NCBI GenBank assembly: GCA_002189035.1
Contig: NEEC01000176.1
Location: forward strand, 1-60,906
Length of the DNA stretch: 60,906 nucleotides
Direction: 5' to 3'
Source: Utricularia gibba
Lineage: Eukaryota > Plantae > Magnoliophyta
A program made the position numbers and the translations under genes. Within the stretch, counting starts at the first letter, position 1. Each line of letters begins with the position of its first letter. Positions 38,401-52,400 of this stretch are shown here, in pieces. The notes below the pieces were generated by a model. It worked only from the letters and a program-made list of their open reading frames with translations, had not been told where the DNA came from and did no database searches.

Positions 38401-41400
38401 GCTGTTGTTGGGAACTTCGTCCGGACCCAAGGTTCGGTCTGACTTCACAGCACAATAAGGTCCCATTCGACGAAAATCGTGATACCTTTATTGAAGTTAG
38501 GATCTCATGACCGCCCAAATGCTTTTTTCAACAGCATGCTTTAAACTTGAGAAGGCGCTTTTGTGGGTCACCGAGATCGGGCCGGAATTCAGGTCGGGCT
38601 TGGGGGACAAAGTCAGCTGTAGCCCGTCAAAAGAAGTGATGCATTTATTAACGTTGGCTTGTCGGCGGCTGCCACATGGTTTTTAAAGCAACAGCTTGCC
38701 GTTTTAAGGCGGGTGCTGTCGTTGGCAGCTTTGTAAGGGCCCAAGGTTCGGTCTGGCTCCTGAGCCCAATCGGGTCCTACTCGATGAAAATCGTGATGCA
38801 TTTGCTTTTGTTAGGATGTCATGAGAACCCCAATGGGTTTTCTCCACACTCTACTTTATATTTGAGAAGGCGCTCTCGGGGGGTTTAGGGATTGGGCCAG
38901 AGGTCGGGTCGGGCTCACGCCCATAGTCAGTTGTAGCCCGGAAAATAAGTCATGCATTTATCAACGTTGGGTTTTTCGGCGGCTGCCTAAATGGTTTTTC
39001 AAGCAACAGCTTGCCGTTTTAAGGCGGGTGCTGTCGTTGGCAGCTTTGTACGGGCCCAAGGTTTGGTCTGGCTCCTGAGCCCAATCGGGTCCTACTCGAT
39101 GAAAATCGTGATGCATTTAATGAAGTTAGGATGTCATGAGCGCCCCAAATGGTTTTCTCAACAACCTGATTTATATTTGACGAGGTGCTCTAGGCTGGCA
39201 CTAGTATCGAGCAAATGGTCGAGTCGCGCTCTGGCCCATAGTCATTTGTAGCCCGGCCAAAAAAGTGATGCATTTATTAACGTTGGGTTTTCGGCGGCTG
39301 CCTACATGCTTTTTGAGCAAAAGTTGTCGTTTTTTGGCGGGTGCTGTTGTTGGGAACTTCGTCCGGACCCAAGGTTCGGTCTGACTTCACAGCACAATAA
39401 GGTCCCATTCGACGAAAATCGTGATACCTTTATTGCTGTTAGGATCTCATGATTACCCCAAATGCTTTTTTCAACAGCATGCTATACACTTGAGAAGGCG
39501 CTTTTGTGGGTCACCGAGATCGGCCCGGAATTCGGGTCGAGCTCGGCCCAAAGTCAGCTGTAGCCCGATAAAAGAAGTGATGCATTTATTAACGTTGGGT
39601 TGTCGGCGGCTGCCCACATGGTTTTTCAAGCAACAGCTTGCCGTTTTAAGGGGTGCTGTCGTTGACAGCTTTGTAAGGGCCCAAGGTTTGGTCTGGCTCC
39701 TGAGCCCAATCGGGTCCTACTCGATGAAAATCGTGATGCATTTAATGAAGTTAGGATGTCATGAGCGCCCCAAATGGTTTTCTCAACAACCTGATTTATA
39801 TTTGACGAGGTGCTCTAGGCTGGCACTAGTATCGAGCAAATGGTCGAGTCGCGCTCTGGCCCATAGTCATTTGTAGCCTGGCAAAAAAGCGATGCATTTA
39901 TTAACGTTGGGTTTTCGGCGGCTGCCTACATGCTTTTTGAAGCAAAAGTTGTCGTTTTTTGGCGGGTGCTGTTGTTGGGAACTTCGTCCGGACCAAGGTT
40001 CGGTCTGACTTCACAGCACAATAAGGTCCCATTCGACGAAAATCGTGATACCTTTATTGAAGTTAGGATCTCATGACCGCCCCAAATGCTTTTTTCAACA
40101 GCATGCTTTAAACTTGAGAAGGCGCTTTTGTGGGTCACCGAGATCGGGCCGGAATTCAGGTCGGCTTGGGGGACAAAGTCAGCTGTAGCCCGTCAAAAGA
40201 AGTGATGCATTTATTAACGTTGGCTTGTCGGCGGCTGCCCACATGGTTTTTAAAGCAACAGCTTGCCGTTTTAAGGCGGTGCTGTCGTTGGCAGCTTTGT
40301 AAGGGCCCAAGGTTCGGTCTGGCTCCTGAGCCCAATCGGGTCCTACTCGATGAAAATCGTGATGCATTTGCTTTTGTTAGGATGTCATGAGAACCCCAAT
40401 GGGTTTTCTCCACACTCTACTTTATATTTGAGAAGGCGCTCTCGGGGGGTTTAGGGATTGGGCCAGAGGTCGGGTCGGGCTCACGCCCATAGTCAGTTGT
40501 AGCCCGGAAAATAAGTCATGCATTTATCAACGTTGGGTTTTCGGCGGCTGCCTAAATGGTTTTTCAAGCAACAGCTTGCCGTTTTAAGGCGGGTGCTGTC
40601 GTTGGCAGCTTTGTAGGGCCCAAGGTTTGGTCTGGCTCCTGAGCCCAATCGGGTCCTACTCGATGAAAATCGTGATGCATTTAATGAAGTTAGGATGTCA
40701 TGAGCGCCCCAAATGGTTTTCTCAACAACCTGATTTATATTTGACGAGGTGCTCTAGGCTGGCACTAGTATCGAGCAAATGGTCGAGTCGCGCTCTGGCC
40801 CATAGTCATTTGTAGCCCGGCCAAAAAAGTGATGCATTTATTAACGTTGGGTTTTCGGCGGCTGCCTACATGCTTTTTGAGCAAAAGTTGTCGTTTTTGG
40901 CGGGTGCTGTTGTTGGGAACTTCGTCCGGACCCAAGGTTCGGTCTGACTTCACAGCACAATAAGGTCCCATTCGACGAAAATCGTGATACCTTTATTGCT
41001 GTTAGGATCTCATGATTACCCCAAATGCTTTTTTCAACAGCATGCTATACACTTGAGAAGGCGCTTTTGTGGGTCACCGAGATCGGCCCGGAATTCGGGT
41101 CGAGCTCGGGCCAAAGTCAGCTGTAGCCCGATAAAAGAAGTGATGCATTTATTAACGTTGGGTTGTCGGCGGCTGCCCACATGGTTTTTCAAGCAACAGC
41201 TTGCCGTTTTAAGGCGGGTGCTGTCGTTGACAGCTTTGTAAGGGCCCAAGGTTTGGTCTGGCTCCTGAGCCCAATCGGGTCCTACTCGATGAAAATCGTG
41301 ATGCATTTAATGAAGTTAGGATGTCATGAGCGCCCCAAATGGTTTTCTCAACAACCTGATTTATATTTACGAGGTGCTCTAGGCTGGCACTAGTATCGAG

Positions 41401-41915
41401 CAAATGGTCGAGTCGCGCTCTGGCCCATAGTCATTTGTAGCCGGTCAAAAAAGCGATGCATTTATTAACGTTGGTTTTCGGCGGCTGCCTACATGCTTTT
41501 TTGAAGCAAAAGTTGTCGTTTTTTGGCGGTGCTGTTGTTGGGAACTTCGTCCGGACCCAAGGTTCGGTCTGACTTCACAGCACAATAAGGTCCCATTCGA
41601 CGAAAATCGTGATACCTTTATTGAAGTTAGGATCTCATGACGCCCCAAATGCTTTTTTCAACAGCATGCTTTAAACTTGAGAAGGCGCTTTGTGGGTCAC
41701 CGAGATCGGCCGGAATTCAGGTCGGGCTTGGGGACAAAGTCAGCTGTAGCCCGTCAAAAGAAGTGATGCATTTATTAACGTTGGTTGTCGGCGGCTGCCC
41801 ACATGGTTTTTAAAGCAACAGCTTGCCGTTTTAAGGCGGGTGCTGTCGTTGGCAGCTTTGTAAGGCCCAAGTTCGGTCTGGCTCCTGAGCCCAATCGGGT
41901 CCTACTCGATGAAAA

Positions 41916-42847
41916 TCGTGATGCATTTGCTTTTGTTAGGATGTCATGAGAACCCCAATGGTTTTCTCCACACTCTACTTTATATTTGAGAAGGCGCTCT
42001 CGGGGGTTTGGGATTGGGCCAGAGGTCGGGTCGGCTCACGCCCATAGTCAGTTGTAGCCCGGAAAATAAGTCATGCATTTATCAACGTTGGGTTTTCGGC
42101 GGCTGCCTAAATGGTTTTTCAAGCAACAGCTTGCCGTTTTAAGGCGGGTGCTGTCGTTGGCAGCTTTGTAGGGCCCAAGGTTTGGTCTGGCTCCTGAGCC
42201 CAATCGGGTCCTACTCGATGAAAATCGTGATGCATTTAATGAAGTTAGGATGTCATGAGCGCCCCAAATGGTTTTCTCAACAACCTGATTTATATTTGAC
42301 GAGGTGCTCTAGGCTGGCACTAGTATCGAGCAAATGGTCGAGTCGCGCTCTGGCCCATAGTCATTTGTAGCCGGTCAAAAAAGTGATGCATTTATTAACG
42401 TTGGTTTTCGGCGGCTGCCTACATGTTTTGAAGCAAAAGTTGTCGTTTTTTGGCGGGTGCTGTTGTTGGGAACTTCGTCCGGACCCAAGGTTCGGTCTGA
42501 CTTCACAGCACAATAAGGTCCCATTCGACGAAAATCGTGATACCTTTATTGAAGTTAGGATCTCATGACCGCCCCAAATGCTTTTTTCAACAGCATGCTT
42601 TAAACTTGAGAAGGCGCTTTTGTGGGTCACCGAGATCGGGCCGGAATTCAGGTCGGCTTGGGGACAAAGTCAGCTGTAGCCCGTCAAAAGAAGTGATGCA
42701 TTTATTAACGTTGGCTTGTCGGCGGCTGCCCACATGGTTTTTAAAGCAACAGCTTGCCGTTTTAAGGCGGGTGCTGTCGTTGGCAGCTTTGTAAGGGCCA
42801 AGGTTCGGTCTGGCTCCTGAGCCCAATCGGGTCCTACTCGATGAAAA
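41916..42847 (+). repeat. 3-mer variant (C-A-B2) within the 5-mer domain
   Basis: C-to-C distance is 932 bp, with A at 42225 and B2 at 42535. One AB dimer is missing. Confidence 0.9.
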
Positions 42848-45800
42848 TCGTGATGCATTTGCTTTTGTTAGGATGTCATGAGAACCCCAATGGGTTTTCT
42901 CCACACTCTACTTTATATTTGAGAAGGCGCTCTCGGGGGTTTAGGGATTGGGCCAGAGGTCGGGTCGGGCTCACGCCCATAGTCAGTTGTAGCCCGAAAA
43001 TAAGTCATGCATTTATCAACGTTGGGTTTTCGGCGGCTGCCTAAATGGTTTTTCAAGCAACAGCTTGCCGTTTTAAGGCGGGTGCTGTCGTTGGCAGCTT
43101 TGTAAGGCCCAAGTTTGGTCTGGCTCCTGAGCCCAATCGGGTCCTACTCGATGAAAATCGTGATGCATTTAATGAAGTTAGGATGTCATGAGCGCCCCAA
43201 ATGGTTTCTCAACAACCTGATTTATATTTGACGAGGTGCTCTAGGCTGGCACTAGTATCGAGCAAATGGTCGAGTCGCGCTCTGGCCCATAGTCATTTGT
43301 AGCCGGCCAAAAAGTGATGCATTTATTAACGTTGGTTTTCGGCGGCTGCCTACATGCTTTTTGAAGCAAAAGTTGTCGTTTTTTGGCGGGTGCTGTTGTT
43401 GGAACTTCGTCCGGACCCAAGGTTCGGTCTGACTTCACAGCACAATAAGGTCCCATTCGACGAAAATCGTGATACCTTTTTTGAAGTTAGGATCTCATGA
43501 TTACCCCAAATGCTTTTTTCAACAGCATGCTATACACTTGAGAAGGCGCTTTTGTGGGTCACCGAGATCGGCCCGGAATTCGGGTCGAGCTCGGGCCCAA
43601 AGTCAGCTGTAGCCCGATAAAAGAAGTGATGCATTTATTAACGTTGGGTTGTCGGCGGCTGCCCACATGGTTTTTCAAGCAACAGCTTGCCGTTTTAAGG
43701 CGGGTGCTGTCGTTGACAGCTTTGTAAGGGCCCAAGGTTTGGTCTGGCTCCTGAGCCCAATCGGGTCCTACTCGATGAAAATCGTGATGCATTTAATGAA
43801 GTTAGGATGTCATGAGCGCCCCAAATGGTTTTCTCAACAACCTGATTTATATTTGACGAGGTGCTCTAGGCTGGCACTAGTATCGAGCAAATGGTCGAGT
43901 CGCGCTCTGGCCCATAGTCATTTGTAGCCGGTCAAAAAAGCGATGCATTTATTAACGTTGGGTTTTCGGCGGCTGCCTACATGCTTTTTGAAGCAAAAGT
44001 TGTCGTTTTTTGGCGGGTGCTGTTGTTGGGAACTTCGTCCGGACCCAAGGTTCGGTCTGACTTCACAGCACAATAAGGTCCCATTCGACGAAAATCGTGA
44101 TACCTTTATTGAAGTTAGGATCTCATGACCGCCCCAAATGCTTTTTTTCAACAGCATGCTTTAAACTTGAGAAGGCGCTTTTTGGGTCACCGAGATCGGG
44201 CCGGAATTCAGGTCGGGCTTGGGGGACAAAGTCAGCTGTAGCCCGTCAAAAGAAGTGATGCATTTATTAACGTTGGCTTGTCGGCGGCTGCCCACATGGT
44301 TTTTAAAGCAACAGCTTGCCGTTTTAAGGCGGTGCTGTCGTTGGCAGCTTTGTAAGGGCCCAAGGTTCGGTCTGGCTCCTGAGCCCAATCGGGTCCTACT
44401 CGATGAAAATCGTGATGCATTTGCTTTTGTTAGGATGTCATGAGAACCCCAATGGGTTTCTCCACACTCTACTTTATATTTGAGAAGGCGCTCTCGGGGG
44501 GTTTAGGGATTGGGCCAGAGGTCGGGTCGGGCTCACGCCCATAGTCAGTTGTAGCCCGGAAAATAAGTCATGCATTTATCAACGTTGGGTTTTCGGCGGC
44601 TGCCTAAATGGTTTTTCAAGCAACAGCTTGCCGTTTTAAGGCGGGTGCTGTCGTTGGCAGCTTTGTAAGGGCCCAAGGTTTGGTCTGGCTCCTGAGCCCA
44701 ATCGGGTCCTACTCGATGAAAATCGTGATGCATTTAATGAAGTTAGGATGTCATGAGCGCCCCAAATGGTTTTCTCAACAACCTGATTTATTTTGACGAG
44801 GTGCTCTAGGCTGGCACTAGTATCGAGCAAATGGTCGAGTCGCGCTCTGGCCCATAGTCATTTGTTGCCCGGCCAAAAAAGTGATGCATTTATTAACGTT
44901 GGGTTTTCGGCGGCTGCCTACATGCTTTTTGAAGCAAAAGTTGTCGTTTTTTGGCGGGTGCTGTTGTTGGGAACTTCGTCCGGACCCAAGGTTCGGTCTG
45001 ACTTCACAGCACAATAAGGTCCCATTCGACGAAAATCGTGATACCTTTATTGCAGTTAGGATCTCATGATTACCCCAAATGCTTTTTTCAACAGCATGCT
45101 ATACACTTGAGAAGGCGCTTTTGTGGGTCACCGAGATCGGCCCGGAATTCGGGTCGAGCTCGGGCCCAAAGTCAGCTGTAGCCCGATAAAAGAAGTGATG
45201 CATTTATTAACGTTGGGTTGTCGGCGGCTGCCCACATGGTTTTTCAAGCAACAGCTTGCCGTTTTAAGGCGGGTGCTGTCGTTGACAGCTTTGTAAGGGC
45301 CCAAGGTTTGGTCTGGCTCCTGAGCCCAATCGGGTCCTACTCGATGAAAATCGTGATGCATTTAATGAAGTTAGGATGTCATGAGCGCCCCAAATGGTTT
45401 TCTCAACAACCTGATTTATATTTGACGAGGTGCTCTAGGCTGGCACTAGTATCGAGCAAATGGTCGAGTCGCGCTCTGGCCCATAGTCATTTGTAGCCCG
45501 GTCAAAAAAGATGCATTTATTAACGTTGGGTTTTCGGCGGCTGCCTACATGCTTTTTGAAGCAAAAGTTGTCGTTTTTTGGCGGGTGCTGTTGTTGGGAA
45601 CTTCGTCCGGACCCAAGGTTCGGTCTGACTTCACAGCACAATAAGGTCCCATTCGACGAAAATCGTGATACCTTTATTGAAGTTAGGATCTCATGACCGC
45701 CCCAAATGCTTTTTTCAACAGCATGCTTTAAACTTGAGAAGGCGCTTTTGTGGGTCACCGAGATCGGGCCGGAATTCAGGTCGGGCTTGGGGACAAAGTC

Positions 45801-48800
45801 AGCTGTAGCCCGTCAAAAGAAGTGATGCATTTATTAACGTTGGCTTGTCGGCGGCTGCCCACATGGTTTTTAAAGCAACAGCTTGCCGTTTTAAGGCGGG
45901 TGCTGTCGTTGGCAGCTTTGTAAGGCCCAAGGTTCGGTCTGGCTCCTGAGCCCAATCGGGTCCTACTCGATGAAAATCGTGATGCATTTGCTTTTGTTAG
46001 GATGTCATGAACCCAATGGGTTTTCTCCACACTCTACTTTATATTTGAGAAGGCGCTCTCGGGGGTTTAGGAGGCCAGAGGTCGGTCGGGCTCACGCCCA
46101 TAGTCAGTTGTAGCCCGGAAAATAAGTCATGCATTTATCAACGTTGGGTTTTCGGCGGCTGCCTAAATGGTTTTTCAAGCAACAGCTTGCCGTTTTAAGG
46201 CGGGTGCTGTCGTTGGCAGCTTTGTACGGGCCCAAGGTTTGGTCTGGCTCCTGAGCCCAATCGGGTCCTACTCGATGAAAATCGTGATGCATTTAATGAA
46301 GTTAGGATGTCATGAGCGCCCCAAATGGTTTTCTCAACAACCTGATTTATATTTGACGAGGTGCTCTAGGCTGGCACTAGTATCGAGCAAATGGTCGAGT
46401 CGCGCTCTGGCCTAGTCATTTGTAGCCCGGCCAAAAAAGTGATGCATTTATTAACGTTGGTTTTCGGCTGCCTACATGCTTTTTGAAGCAAAAGTTGTCG
46501 TTTTTTGGCGGGTGCTGTTGTTGGGAACTTCGTCCCCAAGGTTCGGTCTGACTTCACAGCACAATAAGGTCCCATTCGACGAAAATCGTGATACCTTTAT
46601 TGCAGTTAGGATCTCATGATTACCCCAAATGCTTTTTTCAACAGCATGCTATACACTTGAGAAGGCGCTTTGTGGGTCACCGAGATCGGCCCGGAATTCG
46701 GGTCGAGCTCGGGCCCAAAGTCAGCTGTAGCCCGATAAAAGAAGTGATGCATTTATTAACGTTGGGTTGTCGGCGGCTGCCCACATGGTTTTTCAAGCAA
46801 CAGCTTGCCGTTTTAAGGCGGGTGCTGTCGTTGACAGCTTTGTAAGGCCCAAGGTTTGGTCTGGCTCCTGAGCCCAATCGGGTCCTACTCGATGAAAATC
46901 GTGATGCATTTAATGAAGTTAGGATGTCATGAGCGCCCCAAATGGTTTTCTCAACAACCTGATTTATATTTGACGAGGTGCTCTAGGCTGGCACTAGTAT
47001 CGAGCAAATGGTCGAGTCGCGCTCTGGCCCATAGTCATTTGTAGCCTGGTCAAAAAAGCGATGCATTTATTAACGTTGGGTTTTCGGCGGCTGCCTACAT
47101 GCTTTTTGAAGCAAAAGTTGTCGTTTTTTTGCGGGTGCTGTTGTTGGAACTTCGTCCGGACCCAAGGTTCGGTCTGACTTCACAGCACAATAAGGTCCCA
47201 TTCGACGAAAATCGTGATACCTTTATTGAAGTTAGGATCTCATGACGCCCCAAATGCTTTTTTCAACAGCATGCTTTAAACTTGAGAAGGCGCTTTTGTG
47301 GGTCACCGAGATCGGGCCGGAATTCAGGTCGGCTTGGGGGACAAAGTCAGCTGTAGCCCGTCAAAAGAAGTGATGCATTTATTAACGTTGGCTTGTCGGC
47401 GGCTGCCCACATGGTTTTTTAAAGCAACAGCTTGCCGTTTTAAGGCGGGTGCTGTCGTTGGCAGCTTTGTAAGGCCCAAGGTTCGGTCTGGCTCCTGAGC
47501 CCAATCGGGTCCTACTCGATGAAAATCGTGATGCATTTGCTTTTGTTAGGATGTCATGAGAACCCCAATGGGTTTTCTCCACACTCTACTTTATATTTGA
47601 GAAGGCGCTCTCGGGGGGTTTAGGGATTGGGCCAGAGGTCGGGTCGGCTCACGCCCATAGTCAGTTGTAGCCCGGAAATAAGTCATGCATTTATCAACGT
47701 TGGGTTTTCGGCGGCTGCCTAAATGGTTTTTCAAGCAACAGCTTGCCGTTTTAAGGCGGGTGCTGTCGTTGGCAGCTTTGTACGGGCCCAAGGTTTGGTC
47801 TGGCTCCTGAGCCCAATCGGTCCTACTCGATGAAAATCGTGATGCATTTAATGAAGTTAGGATGTCATGAGCGCCCCAAATGGTTTTCTCAACAACCTGA
47901 TTTATATTTGACGAGGTGCTCTAGGCTGGCACTAGTATCGAGCAAATGGTCGAGTCGCGCTCTGGCCTATAGTCATTTGTGCCCGGCCAAAAAAGTGATG
48001 CATTTATTAACGTTGGGTTTTCGGCGGCTGCCTACATGCTTTTTGAAGCAAAAGTTGTCGTTTTTTGGCGGGTGCTGTTGTTGGGAACTTCGTCCGACCC
48101 AAGGTTCGGTCTGACTTCACAGCACAATAAGGTCCCATTCGACGAAAATCGTGATACCTTTATTGCAGTTAGGATCTCATGATTACCCCAAATGCTTTTT
48201 TCAACAGCATGCTATACACTTGAGAAGGCGCTTTTGTGGTCACCGAGATCGGCCCGGAATTCGGGTCGAGCTCGGGCCCAAAGTCAGCTGTAGCCCGATA
48301 AAAGAAGTGATGCATTTATTAACGTTGGGTTGTCGGCGGCTGCCCACATGGTTTTTCAAGCAACAGCTTGCCGTTTTAAGGCGGGTGCTGTCGTTGACAG
48401 CTTTGTAAGGGCCCAAGGTTTGGTCTGGCTCCTGAGCCCAATCGGGTCCTACTCGATGAAAATCGTGATGCATTTAATGAAGTTAGGATGTCATGAGCGC
48501 CCCAAATGGTTTTCTCAACAACCTGATTTATATTTGACGAGGTGCTCTAGGCTGGCACTAGTATCGAGCAAATGGTCGAGTCGCGCTCTGGCCCATAGTC
48601 ATTTGTAGCCGGTCAAAAAAGTGATGCATTTATTAACGTTGGGTTTTCGGCGGCTGCCTACATGCTTTTTGAAGCAAAAGTTGTCGTTTTTTGGCGGGTG
48701 CTGTTGTTGGGAACTTCGTCCGGACCAAGGTTCGGTCTGACTTCACAGCACAATAAGGTCCCATTCGACGAAAATCGTGATACCTTTATTGAAGTTAGGA

Positions 48801-49400
48801 TCTCATGACCGCCCCAAATGCTTTTTTCAACAGCATGCTTTAAACTTGAGAAGGCGCTTTTGTGGGTCACCGAGATCGGGCCGGAATTCAGGTCGGGCTT
48901 GGGGGACAAAGTCAGCTGTAGCCCGTCAAAAGAAGTGATGCATTTATTAACGTTGGCTTGTCGGCGGCTGCCCACATGGTTTTTAAAGCAACAGCTTGCC
49001 GTTTTAAGGCGGGTGCTGTCGTTGGCAGCTTTGTAAGGGCCCAAGGTTCGTCTGGCTCCTGAGCCCAATCGGGTCCTACTCGATGAAAATCGTGATGCAT
49101 TTGCTTTTGTTAGGATGTCATGAGAACCCCAATGGGTTTTCTCCACACTCTACTTTATATTTGAGAAGGCGCTCTCGGGGGGTTTAGGGATTGGGCCAGA
49201 GGTCGGGTGGCTCACGCCCATAGTCAGTTGTAGCCCGGAAAATAAGTCATGCATTTATCAACGTTGGGTTTTCGGCGGCTGCCTAAATGGTTTTTCAAGC
49301 AACAGCTTGCCGTTTTAAGGCGGTGCTGTCGTTGGCAGCTTTGTACGGGCCCAAGGTTTGGTCTGGCTCCTGAGCCCAATCGGGTCCTACTCGATGAAAA

Positions 49401-52400
49401 TCGTGATGCATTTAATGAAGTTAGGATGTCATGAGCGCCCCAAATGGTTTTCTCAACAACCTGATTTATATTTGACGAGGTGCTCTAGGCTGGCACTAGT
49501 ATCGAGCAAATGGTCGAGTCGCGCTCTGGCCCATAGTCATTTGTAGCCCGGCCAAAAAAGTGATGCATTTATTAACGTTGGGTTTTCGGCGGCTGCCTAC
49601 ATGCTTTTTCAAGGAAAAGTTGTCGTTTTTTGGCGGGTGCTGTTGTTGGGAACTTCGTCCGGACCCAAGGTTCGGTCTGACTTCACAGCACAATAAGGTC
49701 CCATTCGACGAAAATCGTGATACCTTTATTGAAGTTAGGATCTCATGACCACCCCAAATGCTTTTTTCAACAGCATGCTATACACTTGAGAAGGCACTTT
49801 TGTGGGTCACCGAGATCGGGCCGGAATTCGGGTCGAGCTCTGGCCCAAAGTCAGCTGTAGCCCGACAAAAGAAGTGATGCATTTATTAACGTTGCGTTGT
49901 CGGCGGCTGCCCACATGGTTTTTCAAGCAACAGCTTGCCGTTTTAAGGCGGGTGCTGTCGTTGGCAGCTTTGTAAGGGCCCAAGGTTTGGTGGCTCCTGA
50001 GCCCAATCGGGTCCTACTCGATGAAAATCGTGATGCATTTAATGAAGTTAGGATGTCATGAGCGCCCAAATGGTTTTCTCAACAACCTGATTTTTATTCG
50101 ACGAGGTGCTTTAAGCTGGCTCTAGTATCGAGCAAATGGTCGAGTCGCGCTCTGGCCCACAGTCATTCTTGGCCCGGCCAAAAAAGTGATGCATTTATTA
50201 ACGTTGGGTTTTCGGCGGCTGCCTACATGCTTTTTCAAGGAAAAGTTGTCGTTTTTTGGCGGGTGCTGTTGTTGGGAACTTCGTCCGGACCCAAGGTTCG
50301 GTCTGACTTCACAGCACAATAAGGTCCCATTCGACGAAAATCGTGATACCTTTATTGAAGTTAGGATCTCATGACACCCCCAAATGCTTTTTTCAACAGC
50401 ATGCTATACACTTGAGAAAGGCTTTTCTGGGTCACCGAGATCGGGCCAGAGGTCGGGTCGGGCTCTTGCCAAGTCAGTTGTAGCCCGGAAAATAAGTCAT
50501 GCATTTATCAATGTTGGGTTTCGGCGGCTGCCTAAATGGTTTTTCAAGCAATAGCTTGCCGTTTAAGGCGGGTGCTGTCGTTGGCAGCTTTGTAAGGGCC
50601 CAAGGTTTGGTCTGGCTCCTGAGCCCAATCGGGTCCTACTCGATGAAAATCGTGATGCATTTAATGAAGTTAGGATGTCATGAGCGCCCAAATGGTTTTC
50701 TCAACAACCTGATTTTATTCGACGAGGTGCTTTAGCTGGCTAGTATCGAGCAAATGGTCGAGTCGCGCTCTGGCCCACAGTCATTCTTGCCCGGCCAAAA
50801 AAGTGATGCATTTATTAACGTTGGGTTTTCGGCGGCTGCCTACATGCTTTTTCAAGGAAAAGTTGTCGTTTTTTGGCGGTGCTGTTGTTGGGAACTTCGT
50901 CCGGACCCAAGGTTCGGTCTGACTTCACAGCACAACAAGGTCCCATTCGACGAAAATCGTGATACCTTTATTGAAGTTAGGATCTCATGACCACCCCAAA
51001 TGCTTTTTTCAATAGCATGCTATACACTTGAGAAGCGCTTTTCTGGGTCACCGAGATCGGGCCGAATCGGGTCGGGCTCTTGCCCAAAGTCAGTTGTAGC
51101 CCGAAAATAAGTGATGCATTTATTAATGTTGGGTTTCGGCGGCTGCCTAAATGGTTTTTCAAGCAATAGCTTGCCGTTTAAGGCGGGTGCTGTCGTTGGC
51201 AGCTTTGTAAGGGCCCAAGGTTTGGTCTGGCTCCTGAGCCCAATCGGTCCTACTCGATGAAAATCGTGATGCATTTAATGAAGTTAGGATGTCATGAGCG
51301 CCCCAAATGGTTTTCTCAACAACCTGATTTTTATTCGACGAGGTGCTTTAAGCTGGCTCTAGTATCGAGCAAATGGTCGAGTCGCGCTCTGGCCCATAGT
51401 CATTCTTGGCCCGGCCAAAAAAGTGATGCATTTATTAACGTTGGGTTTTCGGCGGCTGCCTACATGCTTTTTCAAGGAAAAGTTGTCGTTTTTGGCGGGT
51501 GCTGTTGTTGGGAACTTCGTCCGGACCCAAGGTTCGGTCTGACTTCACAGCACAATAAGGTCCCATTCGACGAAAATCGTGATACCTTTATTGAAGTTAG
51601 GATCTCATGACCACCCCAAATGCTTTTTTCAATAGCATGCTATACACTTGAGAAAGCGCTTTTCTGGGTCACCGAGATCGGGCCAGAATCGGGTCGGGCT
51701 CTTGCCCATAGTCAGTTGTAGCCCGAAAATAAGTCATGCATTTATTAACGTTGGGTTTCGGCGGCTGCCTAAATGGTTTTTCAAGCAATAGCTTGCCGTT
51801 TTAAGGCGGGTGCTGTCGTTGGCAGCTTTGTAAGGGCCCAAGGTTTGGTCTGGCTCCTGAGCCCAATCGTGTCCTACTCGATGAAAATCGTGATGCATTT
51901 AATGAAGTTAGGATGTCATGAGCGCCCCAAATGGTTTTCTCAACAACCTGATTTATATTTGACGAGGCTCTAGGTTGGCACTAGTATCGAACAAATGGTC
52001 GAGTCGCGCTCTGGCCCATAGTCATTTGTAGCCCGGCCAAAAAAGTTATGCATTTATTAACGTTGGGTTTTCGGCGGCTGCCTACATGCTTTTTCAAGGA
52101 AAAGTTGTCGTTTTTTGGCGGGTGCTGTTGATGGGAACTTCGTCCGGACCCAAGGTTCGGTCTGACTTCACAGCACAATAAGGTCCCATTCGACGAAAAT
52201 CGTGATACCTTTATTGAAGTTAGGATCTCATGACCACCCCAAATGCTTTTTTCAACAGCATGCTATACACTTGAGAAGGCACTTTTGTGGGTCACCGAGA
52301 TCGGGCCGGAATTCGGGTCGAGCTCGGGCCCAAAGTCAGCTGTAGCCCGACAAAAGAAGTGATGCATTTATTAACGTTGGTTGTCGGCGGCTGCCCACAT

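Larger units (their letters stand above)
23112..49400 (+). repeat. 5-mer higher-order repeat domain (C-A1-B1-A2-B2), ~1572-bp period, 16 copies plus one 3-mer and a terminal C
   Basis: C starts at 23112, 24684, 26257, 27828, 29397, 30956, 32521, 34096, 35664, 37230, 38791, 40357, 41916, 42848, 44410, 45977, 47526 and 49090. Position-specific variants recur each period: B1 GATTACCCC/CCCGATAAAA/GTTGACAGC, A2 GCCTGGTC..GCGATG, B2 AATTCAGG/CCCGTCAAAA/TTGGCTTG, C TTTAGGG/GTACGGG. Confidence 0.96.
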
